Shown here: positions 1 to 9,500 of the stretch, in pieces | How the letters are laid out: the number at the start of each line of letters is the position of its first letter | Position numbering within the stretch: position 1 is the first letter of the stretch | Translations under genes and position numbers: made by a program | Assembly (NCBI GenBank): GCA_965204715.1 | Contig: OZ242009.1 | Coordinates: 1,720,013-1,760,012 of the forward strand | Source of the DNA: Dehalococcoidia bacterium | GTDB lineage: Bacteria > Chloroflexota > Dehalococcoidia > Lucifugimonadales > UBA3495 | Length of the DNA: 40,000 nt | Reading direction: 5' to 3' | The notes under the pieces: model-generated | What the model was told of the DNA's origin: nothing | What the model saw: the letters and a program-made list of their open reading frames with translations, nothing else | Database searches by the model: none

Positions 1-2
1 CC

Positions 3-1301
3 GAAGCCTACCTGGCCTTCGACGCCGGCGCGTTCCCCGGCTCCCCGGTGACGGCGGGCGCACAGTGCGCCTTCGCCTGCTACGACATCGAGAACGCCAA
101 GGTGGACGGCTACGACGTGGTGGTGAACAAGCCCGCCGTTGCGGCCTACCGCGCTCCCGGCGCGCCCATCGCCGCCTTCGCCTGCGAGACCGTGGTCGAC
201 GAACTGGCCGGGAAGCTGGGCATCGACCCCATCGAGTTCCGGGCGCGCAACGCCTCCAAGGAGGGCACCCGGCGCGTTGATGGTCCGGTGTTCCCCCGCA
301 TCGGCAACGTGGAGTGCCTGGAAGCCGCCAGGGACAGCGACCACTACAAGTCCAAGCTGGAAGGGCCCAACCGGGGCCGGGGCGTCGCCTCCGGGTTCTG
401 GTTCAACATCGGGCTGGCCTCCAGCGCCTCCATCGGCGTCAACGCCGACGGCACCATCACCCTGGTCGAGGGTTCCACCGACATCGGCGGCACCCGCGCC
501 TCCATCGCCATGCAGGCCGCGGAAGTCCTGGGCATCGCCGCCGAGGACGTTCATCCCAGCGTCGGCGACACCGACTCGGTGGGCTACACCTTCCTCACCG
601 GCGGCAGCCGCACCACCTTCGCCACCGGCTGGGCCGCCTACGAGTGCGCCCAGGACATCAAGAACAAGATGATTGACCGGGCCGCCACGATCTGGGAGGT
701 GGACAAGGACGACGTGGACCTGGTTGACGGCGTGTTCCAGCACCAATCCGACCCGGACCTGAAGATGACCTTCAAGGAGCTGGCCGGGCGACTCGCCGGA
801 AGCGGCGGTCCCATCTCCAGCCAGGTCAGCGTTGACCCCCGGGGCGCGGGCGGGGCCTTCGCCACCCACATCGTGGACGTGGAAGTGGACCCGGAAACGG
901 GCAAGGTCGATATCCTCAACTACACCGCCGTCCAGGACGCGGGCAAGGCCATCCACCCCAGCTACGTTGAGGGGCAGATACAGGGCGGCGTCGTGCAGGG
1001 CATCGGCTGGGCGCTCAACGAAGAGTACTACATGGACAAGGAAGGCCGAATGGCCAACTCCAGCTTCCTTGACTACCGGATGCCCACCAGCCTGGACCTG
1101 CCCATGATCGGCACCGTAATCGTCGAAGTGGCCAACCCCGGCCATCCCTACGGAGTAAGGGGCGTGGGCGAGGTCCCCATAGTCCCGCCGATGGCCGCCA
1201 TAGCCAACGCCATCCACGACGCCGTCGGCGTGCGCATGGACCGGCTGCCCATGAGCCCCGGCGCAGTGCTGGACGCGGTGCTGGAGAAGAACGGCAGCTA
1301 A
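3..1301 (+). CDS. Xanthine dehydrogenase / aldehyde oxidase family molybdopterin-binding large subunit, C-terminal part (5' end outside window)
   Basis: Frame 3 is open from base 3, with no stop before the track's GTG at 48, so the gene is cut by the window edge. Family-typical strings are present: 'FLTGGSRTTF', 'AVQDAGKAIHPSYVEGQIQGGVVQGIGWALNEE', 'FLDYRMPT' and 'GHPYGVRGVGEVPIVPPMAAIANAIHDA'. A hairpin with a T-tract follows the stop. Confidence 0.85.
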   Translation, partial: EAYLAFDAGAFPGSPVTAGAQCAFACYDIENAKVDGYDVVVNKPAVAAYRAPGAPIAAFACETVVDELAGKLGIDPIEFRARNASKEGTRRVDGPVFPRIGNVECLEAARDSDHYKSKLEGPNRGRGVASGFWFNIGLASSASIGVNADGTITLVEGSTDIGGTRASIAMQAAEVLGIAAEDVHPSVGDTDSVGYTFLTGGSRTTFATGWAAYECAQDIKNKMIDRAATIWEVDKDDVDLVDGVFQHQSDPDLKMTFKELAGRLAGSGGPISSQVSVDPRGAGGAFATHIVDVEVDPETGKVDILNYTAVQDAGKAIHPSYVEGQIQGGVVQGIGWALNEEYYMDKEGRMANSSFLDYRMPTSLDLPMIGTVIVEVANPGHPYGVRGVGEVPIVPPMAAIANAIHDAVGVRMDRLPMSPGAVLDAVLEKNGS

Positions 1302-1329
1302 CCCAACGGTAAGCCCAAGGCATCAGAAG

Positions 1330-1362
1330 GCCAGGCCGCGGCAATCGCAGCCTGGCTTTTTT
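1330..1362 (+). terminator. Rho-independent terminator candidate downstream of the molybdoenzyme gene
   Basis: GCCAGGC (1330-1336) pairs with GCCTGGC (1350-1356) across a 13-nt loop. TTTTTT (1357-1362) follows immediately. The structure lies 29 nt after the stop codon. Confidence 0.6.
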
Positions 1363-1456
1363 CGTGGGGATAATTTTGGCAACTATCCTCTAAAGTCACG
1401 TAGATTACTTTTCCGCAAAAAACCTCCTTCTAATGCCTCCTTCCATCGAAAGCATC

Positions 1457-1607
1457 TAAACCAATACCAAGGTGGGATGTGCATTTCGGTGGTCTTGACA
1501 ACGACCGAAAGGAATCCACGGTTCCTCATATCACTTCCAGGCCACACCGGGGTAGGCACCGGCAGTGCGGTATGGCGATATGTACATTTCACCTTGGCTT
1601 TGGTTTA
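1457..1607. mobile_element. MITE (147 bp) with IS630-type termini and flanking TA duplication
   Basis: The element spans 1459-1605 and is flanked by TA at 1457-58 and 1606-07. Its left end is AACCAATACCAAGGTGGGATGTGCATTT. The reverse complement of its right end is AACCAAAGCCAAGGTGAAATGTACA. These match the two termini of the IS630-like element at 18325-19494 in swapped orientation. It has no credible coding capacity. Confidence 0.7.
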
Positions 1608-1711
1608 GAGAGTTGACGCGGAAGCCTGCGAGGCTCCAGGACGGGACTCCGAATCCTAACCGGACATAGCCCAGGCGGCAAAACCCCGCTATAACCGCCC
1701 AAAATTCCAAA

Positions 1712-1721
1712 TGTGTATAAT
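1712..1721 (+). promoter_or_regulatory. Candidate -10 element (TATAAT) for the PPC-domain gene
   Basis: A perfect TATAAT sits at 1716-1721, preceded by TGTG, about 30 nt upstream of the ATG at 1752. No good -35 was seen. Confidence 0.3.
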
Positions 1722-1751
1722 GATGGCATCACACATCAGCCAGGAGGACAC

Positions 1752-2147
1752 ATGGCTATAAGGAACTGGGACACCACGACATCCCGCGTCGTTTACCGCC
1801 GCTTGGAAGCTGGGGAATCACTTATTGAAGGCCTCGAATCCTTAGCTCTTGCAGAAGGCATCCGTGAAGCCGCCGTAATCTCCTGCATAGGAAGCTTAAG
1901 CCAACTAAAGCGTCGCAATCTTTGCAACCGCGAAAGAGAGCATACGAGGGAGACAATCGACGAAATTCTTGAGTTGGTAAGTGCTGAAGGTTACATTCAA
2001 CCTGTGGCGGAGGGTGGCATATACGTTCATATACACATAGCCGCTGCACGGCCTTCAGGCGAAATTGTCGGCGGCCACTGTGAAGACGCTACCTGCTTTA
2101 CCGGCGCATACGCATATCTCCAAGTCATAGAAGATACAAGGAGCTGA
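1752..2147 (+). CDS. PPC (DUF296) domain protein
   Basis: An ATG at 1752 is preceded by AGGAGG (1742-1747). The track's GTG at 1713 is the alternative start. The translation fits the PPC/DUF296 pattern: 'VVYRRLEAGESLIEGLESLALAEGIREAAVISCIGSL' ... 'ILELVSAEGYI' ... 'HIHIAAARPSGEIVGGHCEDA'. Confidence 0.7.
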   Translation: MAIRNWDTTTSRVVYRRLEAGESLIEGLESLALAEGIREAAVISCIGSLSQLKRRNLCNREREHTRETIDEILELVSAEGYIQPVAEGGIYVHIHIAAARPSGEIVGGHCEDATCFTGAYAYLQVIEDTRS

Positions 2148-2455
2148 AACGCTCCGCCTGAATCTCCAAAATACTTGTCACGGTCAAAGCCCGATATGCC
2201 CGCTGTTGCTGTGCAAGGGTTCATTCTTGGTTCGAGGTTGCCGTGGAGGGAAAACACTTCCCACGGGAAGGGCTTGTCCAGCGACTCAGGCGATGCCGTC
2301 GCTACCATATTCCCCGTCCGCGATACCTTCGGCGCCCAACAAGGGCAGCGAGCCTTTGTTCGGCGCCAACTCCGAATGCCGTGATTGTTGCCAGGACTCC
2401 AGCCGGGATCGGGCTCCGGGCGGGCCATGTGTCAATGGCGGCAGGAAAACCGGGG

Positions 2456-5131
2456 TTACACCGAACCACCTTCAACCAGGACGGCCAGCTCCGCCTTGGA
2501 TAGTCCCAACTCCCCGCACAGGACATCTTCGTTGTGCTCCCCGATGAGAGGCGCACGCCGGGATATCCTCCAGGGTGAGCCGTTGAAGATGGCCCCTGGG
2601 CCTGGGTGTCGAAATGTCTCGCCAAGTTCCGGGTATTCTACATCTGTCCAGAACCTCCGGTCCTCCAGGTGAGGGTCCTGCATGACCTCGTCCGGGGAAC
2701 GGATCGCCCCCGTGTTGGAGCCACGCTTCTGCAAGCCGTGGTAGGCTTCGTCCCGAGGGATGTTGGCGAGGAAGTTTACAAAAATTTCGCGAATATGCGA
2801 CTGGCTCCCGGCGATGACCGCCGGGTCCCGGTACTTTTCATCCAGCAGGTCGCCCGCCAGGCCGTGCTCATCCATCCACGGCGCAAGCATCAACACCCGC
2901 TCCGGGGTAACCTGACCGACATTCACGTATTTTCCGTCCTTACAGAGGACCTGGGCGTTGGGCCCGGTGGCGGTGTTGCCACCTCCTGTTCTACGAGGAA
3001 TCACACTTCCTTTGTAAATATACTGGTTCACATGGCCCTCGGTCGTGAGCGCGCAGGCATCATGCACCGAGGCATCTATGTACTGCCCCCGGGCCGTCAC
3101 AGACCGGTGGACCAGCGCCGCGGTAATGGCGATGTAGGCGTAGTGACTTCCGATGTGCCAAGCCTGCCCTCCTCCGGGAGCGATAGGCGGTGCATCCGGC
3201 GCCACGCCGTCGTCATAGCCACACCTGGCCATCTGTCCGCCCGCCGCCAGATGCAGCAGATCGCTGGTCTGGAAGTCCCGCCACGGCCCGGTCTGCCCAA
3301 AGGGGGTCAGTGAGCACATAATCAGCCCAGGGTTGCTCTTTGCCAGGTCTTCGTACCCCAGCCCCAGGGAGGCCAGATAGCCGGGCCTGAAGGTCTCCAG
3401 TATCACATCCGCCTTCTCCGCCATTTGCCGGAACAGCCGGCGCCCGTCCTCCATCTCCAGGTCCAGGGTAACCCCCCGCTTGGAGGTGTTGTAATGCCAG
3501 AAGTAAAGGCTCCGCTCCCGGTCCGGTATGTCCTGGTAGAAGGGCCCCACGGTCCGGGCTGCCTCGCCACCGGGCGGCTCTATCTTGATGACGTCTGCTC
3601 CCATGTCAGCCATCTGCTTGCCACACCACTGCCCCTTCTCATCGGCGAGCTCCAGCACCCGCAGCCCTCCCAAGGCCCCCGCAGAGTTCCGATCCGGCGT
3701 ACGCGCGGGCGCGGGCGCGGGATTCGCTACCGGCTCATTCCCGCTCCACTGTACGGGCGAGGCATCCTCCATCATCTCCTTGAAGTAGGGATAATCTTCC
3801 ATACTGAGGTCCTTTGGCCAGAAGGCGCCGTCGGCGAAGCCGCTCACCAGCATCTCGTGACTGATGCCCAACAACCCCTGAAACACCTCTTTGTTGTGCC
3901 CGCCGATCAGGGGACCTGACCGGCTGTTGATTGCAGGCGTCTCCGACATCTTGAAGGGAGCGTTCTGAAGGGGCCAGGTCCCCAGCGCGGGATGCTTCAC
4001 GTCCCGGAACATCTCTCGATGCCTGAGCTGGGGATCGTTGTCCACCCGGTCCTGGCTGTTTTGAACGGGCATGGCGGGCACTCCCGCCGCCTGGCACCGC
4101 TCCATGATCTCGTACTTGCCCAGGGTCCTGGTCCACGCCTCTATCCCCTGGTCCATCTCTTCCTGGTGCTCCAGGCGGCCTTCAAGGGTGGCAAACTTCT
4201 CGCCGGTGGCCCAACCGGGAGAGCCCATTACCTCCACTAACTTCCGCCACTCATAGTCGGAGAAGCAGGCCAGGGCGCACCAGTCGTTGTACTCCGCCGG
4301 ACTGGTCTTGTAAGCGTTGTGCGGCGCCCCGGTCCGCCCCCGGTAGTTGTCCACCAGGGGCGTGCCGGGCCAGTGAGCTCGGTTGCCCGGCGGGTAACCC
4401 TCTCGCATGGTGGAACGGCCGTTGGCCTGGATGTCCAGAAAAGCGGAACCATTAAGGGGGACGCCGAGGATCCACTGGGAACTGTCGACATGCTGTCCCT
4501 GACCGGTCATGTTGCGATGGTAAATCGCGCTCAGAGCATACATGGCCCCGTACAAGCCACCGGTGTCGTCCAGGTAGGACCAGCCCCAACCGGCGGGTGG
4601 CTTGTCCGGCAAGCCCGATGTGTAGGTCAAACCGGACAGGGCTTGGGCGATGGCTCCCATGGTTTGATAGTCTCTGTCCCGGCCCGTGTGGCCGAAGCCG
4701 GACATGGAGAGGTAAATGATGTCAGGCCGGAGCTTCTTCATATCCTCGTAGCCCAGACCCCACCGCTCCAGTACACCGTAGGCGAAGTTCTCGATGACGA
4801 TGTCGGACATTGCCACCAAGCGCCGGGTAAGGTCAATGCCTTGGGCTGTGCGAGTGTTCAGGGTGACGCTCAGCTTGTTGGCGTTGGTGTCGCTGAAATG
4901 GCCGTTGGTGTTGAGATTGGCGGGCAGGCCCTCGGGGGCGCCCGCTCCCGTCGCAATGTTGTCGCCCCGAGTATTGGGTCTCTGGGGCCATTCAACCTTG
5001 ATAACCTCGGCTCCCAGCGCCCCCAACCATCGGGTGCACCAGGGACCCGCCCGGACCCAGGTGAAGTCCAACACTCGGATTCCTGACAAAGCTCCCGGTG
5101 TGGTTGGGGCTTCTGCTCCGGCCTGCACCAT
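2456..5131 (-). CDS. Tandem-fused family III CoA-transferase (two CaiB/BaiF/Frc-type modules in one 891-aa chain)
   Basis: The ATG at 5131 is preceded by GGGAGGTGA. There are two N-terminal Rossmann-like signatures: 'LSGIRVLDFTWVRAGPWCTRWLGALGAEVIKVEWP' (aa ~15) and 'LGGLRVLELADEKGQWCGKQMADMGADVIKIEPPGG' (aa ~485). Each is followed by a 'SGFG/TPFGQTGP'-type segment. A Pro/Ala-rich linker 'NPAPAPARTPD' separates the two modules. Confidence 0.85.
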   Translation of the reverse strand: MVQAGAEAPTTPGALSGIRVLDFTWVRAGPWCTRWLGALGAEVIKVEWPQRPNTRGDNIATGAGAPEGLPANLNTNGHFSDTNANKLSVTLNTRTAQGIDLTRRLVAMSDIVIENFAYGVLERWGLGYEDMKKLRPDIIYLSMSGFGHTGRDRDYQTMGAIAQALSGLTYTSGLPDKPPAGWGWSYLDDTGGLYGAMYALSAIYHRNMTGQGQHVDSSQWILGVPLNGSAFLDIQANGRSTMREGYPPGNRAHWPGTPLVDNYRGRTGAPHNAYKTSPAEYNDWCALACFSDYEWRKLVEVMGSPGWATGEKFATLEGRLEHQEEMDQGIEAWTRTLGKYEIMERCQAAGVPAMPVQNSQDRVDNDPQLRHREMFRDVKHPALGTWPLQNAPFKMSETPAINSRSGPLIGGHNKEVFQGLLGISHEMLVSGFADGAFWPKDLSMEDYPYFKEMMEDASPVQWSGNEPVANPAPAPARTPDRNSAGALGGLRVLELADEKGQWCGKQMADMGADVIKIEPPGGEAARTVGPFYQDIPDRERSLYFWHYNTSKRGVTLDLEMEDGRRLFRQMAEKADVILETFRPGYLASLGLGYEDLAKSNPGLIMCSLTPFGQTGPWRDFQTSDLLHLAAGGQMARCGYDDGVAPDAPPIAPGGGQAWHIGSHYAYIAITAALVHRSVTARGQYIDASVHDACALTTEGHVNQYIYKGSVIPRRTGGGNTATGPNAQVLCKDGKYVNVGQVTPERVLMLAPWMDEHGLAGDLLDEKYRDPAVIAGSQSHIREIFVNFLANIPRDEAYHGLQKRGSNTGAIRSPDEVMQDPHLEDRRFWTDVEYPELGETFRHPGPGAIFNGSPWRISRRAPLIGEHNEDVLCGELGLSKAELAVLVEGGSV

Positions 5132-5317
5132 TGAATCACCTCCCGGCTATGGCTGTCTTAAGGTTAACTCACCTTATTCTAACCCAATGTGGGCGATGAA
5201 GATTCCCGAAAAAAGGGAAGGCCAATTACCGGAACTTTTCGAACCGGACAGGAAGGGAGGGAGGGTTTCCCAGAGACCTTTGCCGGGTTAGAAGAATTGT
5301 CGCCGGAATTGTAGGCG

Positions 5318-6215
5318 GGCTCCAGTATGGTCAATGCAAGCGTCAACAACTACGTACTATCCCGCAGTGGCCTGACCTTCGATGGCATTCAAGGAACAGG
5401 CCATAGAAGCGAACGGGCTCTTTATGCCCCCGGAACCGCTGCTGGTGCGGACGTTGGAGAACAGGTGGAGGTTCGGTACTTCCAGGGTACTTCCAGGACC
5501 CCCAGGGCCGTCTGCCCCTGAGTCCGGTGGATACCGATGCCCGTTGGCGAAGCAGCAGACTGGGCAAGCCCACGGGGTTGCATTACAAGGAGAATGTCAT
5601 CGTGGACGATGGCGGTTTCATCCTGTGCAGGCCGGTCACCCACGCGTCCGAAGGGGAATGGAAAGCGGCGCCGGCGCTGCCGGAGAAACTGCCGGTTAGG
5701 ACGGTGTCGCTGGCAGCGGACACCGCCTGCAGCGTCGGCCAGCTCAGAGAACTCCTGAGGAAAAGGGCATCACGCCCTACATTCCCATCCATCCGAACCA
5801 GGAGACCAACATGGTGTCCAAGGGCGATTTCATCTACCGGGGCGACCATTTGATCTGTCCCCAGGGCAAGCTGCTCCGCCGCAGCGCCTTCATGCGACGG
5901 GACCGTGCCGCCAGTACGTGGCACATCAGGAAGACTGCCAATTCTGTCCTGTCAAAACCCGGTGCTGCCACCCAACCAGAAACGAAGGTATGTGGCCCTC
6001 AGCGTGTACCACCCATTGCTGCTCAGGGTCCGGGAGCGCAACCAGACCGCAGAATACCGCCGGGAGAGAAAACGGCGGAAAACCATCGCTGAAGGGACAT
6101 TCGCCTCGTTGGACCGGCTGGGCTGGGCCAGGTCCCGGCTGCGAGGGCTGCGGAAAGTGGACTGCGAGGGATACATGGCGGGCCTGGCTCACAACGTACT
6201 AAAGGCAGTGTGCCG
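5318..6215 (+). pseudogene. IS5/IS1182-type DDE transposase remnant, 5'-truncated and multiply frameshifted
   Basis: Recognisable transposase segments are spread over all three + frames: 'GSSMVNASVNN' (frame 2), 'DTDARWRSSRLGKPTGLHYKENVIVDDGGFI' (frame 1), 'NMVSKGDFIYRGDHLICPQGKLL' (frame 3), 'HQEDCQFCPVKTRCC' (frame 2) and 'YHPLLLRVRERNQTAEYRRERKRRKTIAEGTFASLDRLGWARSRLRGLRKVDCEGYMAGLAHNVLKAV' (frame 1). The N-terminal third is absent and no terminal repeats were identified. Confidence 0.65.
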
Positions 6216-6474
6216 GTTGCGCGATGACGCTGGACCAACAGGTCCATTGGAACCCAGGGCAGTGGACCCTGTTCCACCGGCAGGCCCGAAGGCAAGTCCG
6301 AAGGAATCCCGGATGCCAGCTAACCCGGCCCAACTGCATGGCATCTCGACAACCGGCGGACCCCACATGAAAGTGGTCTCCACCCTCTGACTCACCGACC
6401 ACCCTGCCCACGGTCTCCTCCTCCCCATCGACTCTTTCAACAGGCCCTTTTCGCCGCCCTTGACAATCCTGAGC

Positions 6475-6516
6475 GGGCCGGGCCGTCGCAACGAATTGAT
6501 GAGACTGGCCCGGCCC
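6475..6516 (-). terminator. GC-rich hairpin downstream of the giant surface-protein gene (terminator candidate, no U-tract)
   Basis: A perfect 10-bp stem joins GGGCCGGGCC (6475-6484) and GGCCCGGCCC (6507-6516) across a 22-nt loop. It begins 48 nt past the stop at 6564-6566. It lacks a T/U run on either strand. Confidence 0.3.
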
Positions 6517-6563
6517 CATAATGATACAGGGTTTGAAAATACGCGGTCCGAAAGCCGCTTTGG

Positions 6564-9500
6564 TCACGGACTGGCGCTCTCGGCTCCCCGCAGGTTCCTG
6601 ACGCCGAACATGATCAGCAGCAGCGCGATGATCAGAATGATCGGGGCGAGTATATAGAGAAGAATGCCCAGGCTGCCGAGCCGCCGCGGCGGAGACTGCC
6701 CGGTTTCCATGACCGGCAGCGCAAGTTCCTCCGGGGGAAGATCGGCCCACAGACCGGCAGGGGAGTCATCCGCATGGACGACGTCCGGGCCGGGAGCAGG
6801 CGTGGGTTGGACCTCCACCTGGACAACCTCCGGTTTGGGGGCCGGCGTGGGTTGGGACTCCGCGGCATTGATGGAAGATGCCGGCCCGTTGGAGGCCATC
6901 GTCTCCGGAGACGGAGTAGCCGGCGAGGTGTCAGCCTCCGCGGCTTCGGGGGTCTGCAACTGGACTTCACCCACTGCGCCGGATTCCACGGAAGGCGCGG
7001 GCAGCGTCACTACGTAGACGCCGAAACCGGGCAGCGGCGACACTGTCCACGCGCGGCCCTGTTCGTCCATTTCGCAGCGGTGTGTCAGAGAGTCCCAGGA
7101 ATCGCCGTCCACACGGTACACGGCTGCCACCACCGCTGCCTCTTCGCACGCGGAAACCCTGTCCCCGGGCAGGAGCGCCCACAACGCGGCATTGATGCGG
7201 GTGTCCGCCGAGGCAGCGGACACCTGGCCCGCCCGAACAACCTTCCCAACAACCCTGACACCCTCCCCCACGGGGGTCTGCTGGGAGTCCGCATCCAGGC
7301 TCTCCACCGTGATGCCCGTGTCGCAGGGCGCTGAGTTGGGAGGGATTACCACGCGGAGTGCGCCGTCGGAGGATTCAATAACTGTGTGTTCCTGGCAGTG
7401 GCTGGACTCTGGGAGAGCCGGCTCCGTAATGGTCAGACTCACGCTGACGGTCTGCGGCGAGTTGCTGCTCCCCGGTGCGGTAATCCTGATGGCCGCGGTA
7501 TGCGTGCCGGTATCAAGGCCGGAAATGTCGGCCGATACTCTGATCAGCGTCTGGTCGTGCGCGCCTTCGGACCTGCCCGATGCCGGGGAAATGGAAAGCC
7601 ATTTCGCGCCGCTGGAAACCCTGAAGTTCATGCCGCAGAGGTCCCGGTTCCAGACTTCCAACAACAGGCCCGGCGGGTCCTCGCCGCCCCTGGCGGCGGT
7701 GAATGACCAAGGAATTCCGGTCCGGAAGCCGATGCTGGGCGTACAGGCTGGAGACATCACACCGCCGCCAGCGGCACTGCGGAGAATGTTACGTTGCTGC
7801 CGGGCGGCGGTGCTGCCCTGTCCGGGGTCCGACCAGGGGCCGGAGCCCTCGGAGTTGTAGGCCCGGACCTGCACCTGGTATGTGGCGCCGGGGACCAGGC
7901 CGGAGACCGTCGCAGCTGTGCCGGACACACTCCCCGGGATACTGGTCCAGGACCCGCCGGTCCCGGCCCGGTATTGCACGTTGTAACCGCCTATGGCAGT
8001 CCCGGCGCCGGCGGGAGCGGCCCATGTCACCGACAGGTTGTTGTGGCCGCCGACGGAAGCCGCCGCCACCGCGGGCGTGCCGGGCTTCCCGGGGGGCTCG
8101 ACGTTGGTGACGGTGATGTTCACGATGATCGTATCCCGGGCGTCGAACTGGTCGGTGGCGGTGACCGTCACCGTGTAGCTGTTCCTGGTCTCGTAGTCCA
8201 GGGCGGCCCTGGTCCGCAACTGGCCGGAGGTTGCCACGATGGCAAAGGACGCAGCATCCGTGCCGCCCAGGGTGTAGGTCAGGCTGTCTCCGGTGTCCGG
8301 GTCGGAGGCCGTCACCGGGACCCCGATGCTGCGGCCCGCCGGGGTGTTCTCGGGAATGCTCCGGGCAGCCGGACCCGGTCCGAAATTCGGTGCGGCGTTC
8401 ACCCGCGCCTGGATGACCGGGTTGTCCGATACCGTCTGCGCCCTTTTGCCGGAACCATGTCTGTCGGTGTAGGCAACGGTGGTCCGCAGGTGCTTGCCCA
8501 CGTCTCCGGCGACCGGGGTGTAGGCGGCTGACGTGGCCCCGCTGATATTGTTGTAGCTGCTGTTTCTGGAGTTGGACCAGGCCCACTGCCAGGACATGGC
8601 GGTAACGGGAGCGTCGGGGTCGCTCAGGCTGGCGGTCAGCGCCGCGCCAGCCCGCGGCCAGGCGGAGGACAGGGTGACGGTCCCGGCCTCGTCCACGTCA
8701 GCAACCTGGATGGTTACCGTTGTGGAGTCCGAGGCATTGGACAGGTCGGTGACGGTTACCGTCACCCCGTAGCTGTTCCTGGTCTCGTAGTCCAGCGCGG
8801 CCCTGGTCTGCAACTGGCCCGAGGTTGCCACGATGGCGAAGAACCCGGCGTCCGTGCCGCCAAGGGTGTAAGTCAGGCTGTCGCCGGCGCTGGTATCCGG
8901 GTCGGTGGCCGCAACCGGTGTGCCTATGTTCCGGCCTGCGGGAGTATTCTCCGCCACTGTTCTTGTCTTCGGCTCCCCGCCGCCACTGCCGGGGAAAGCG
9001 GGCGGCCTGTTGGACATCCTCACCGCACCGGTCGGAGCGGAATACGCGGTCTTCCCGCTCCCGTGTCCGTCGGTGTAGGACACTTTGGCCCGCAGGTGCT
9101 TGCCCAAGTCCCCGGCGACAGGGGTGTAGGATGCTGACGTGGCCCCGCTGATACTATTCCAGGAGCTCTTGCCGGAAGAAATCTCCCACGACCAGGTGAA
9201 GCTTGTAAGACTGCCGTCGGGGTCGGCCAGCGTGGCGGTCAGTTGGGTGCCAACCAATGCTTGAGTTGGCGACAGCGTTACCGTCCCGGTTTCCTCGACG
9301 TTGGTGACCTTGACAGCCACGTGGGTTGAGTCGCTGCCGCCGTTGCCGTCATTCGCATTGACCGTTACCCGGTACTCGTTGTTTTTGTTGGAGTCCGCTG
9401 GTGATTCATAGTCCGGCGCCGACCTGAAAGTCAGGTCCCCTGCGCTGCTGATGGAAAAGTCGCCGCTATCGGTCCCCGACAACAGCCAGGTAACGGAGTC

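Noticed and set aside
1383-1592. A 69-aa minus-strand ORF.
   Set aside because: It spans the MITE and its flank and has no coding signature.
2027-2672. A cluster of overlapping 69-133-aa ORFs on both strands in the convergent intergenic region after the PPC gene and over the 3' end of the CoA-transferase gene.
   Set aside because: They are mutually overlapping, Arg/Pro/Gly-rich, and have no motifs. They are consistent with random ORFs in GC-rich DNA.
3425-5291. + strand ORFs of 164-255 aa (3425-3919, 4319-5086 and 4794-5291).
   Set aside because: They lie antisense to the CoA-transferase gene and are shadow ORFs with low-complexity composition.
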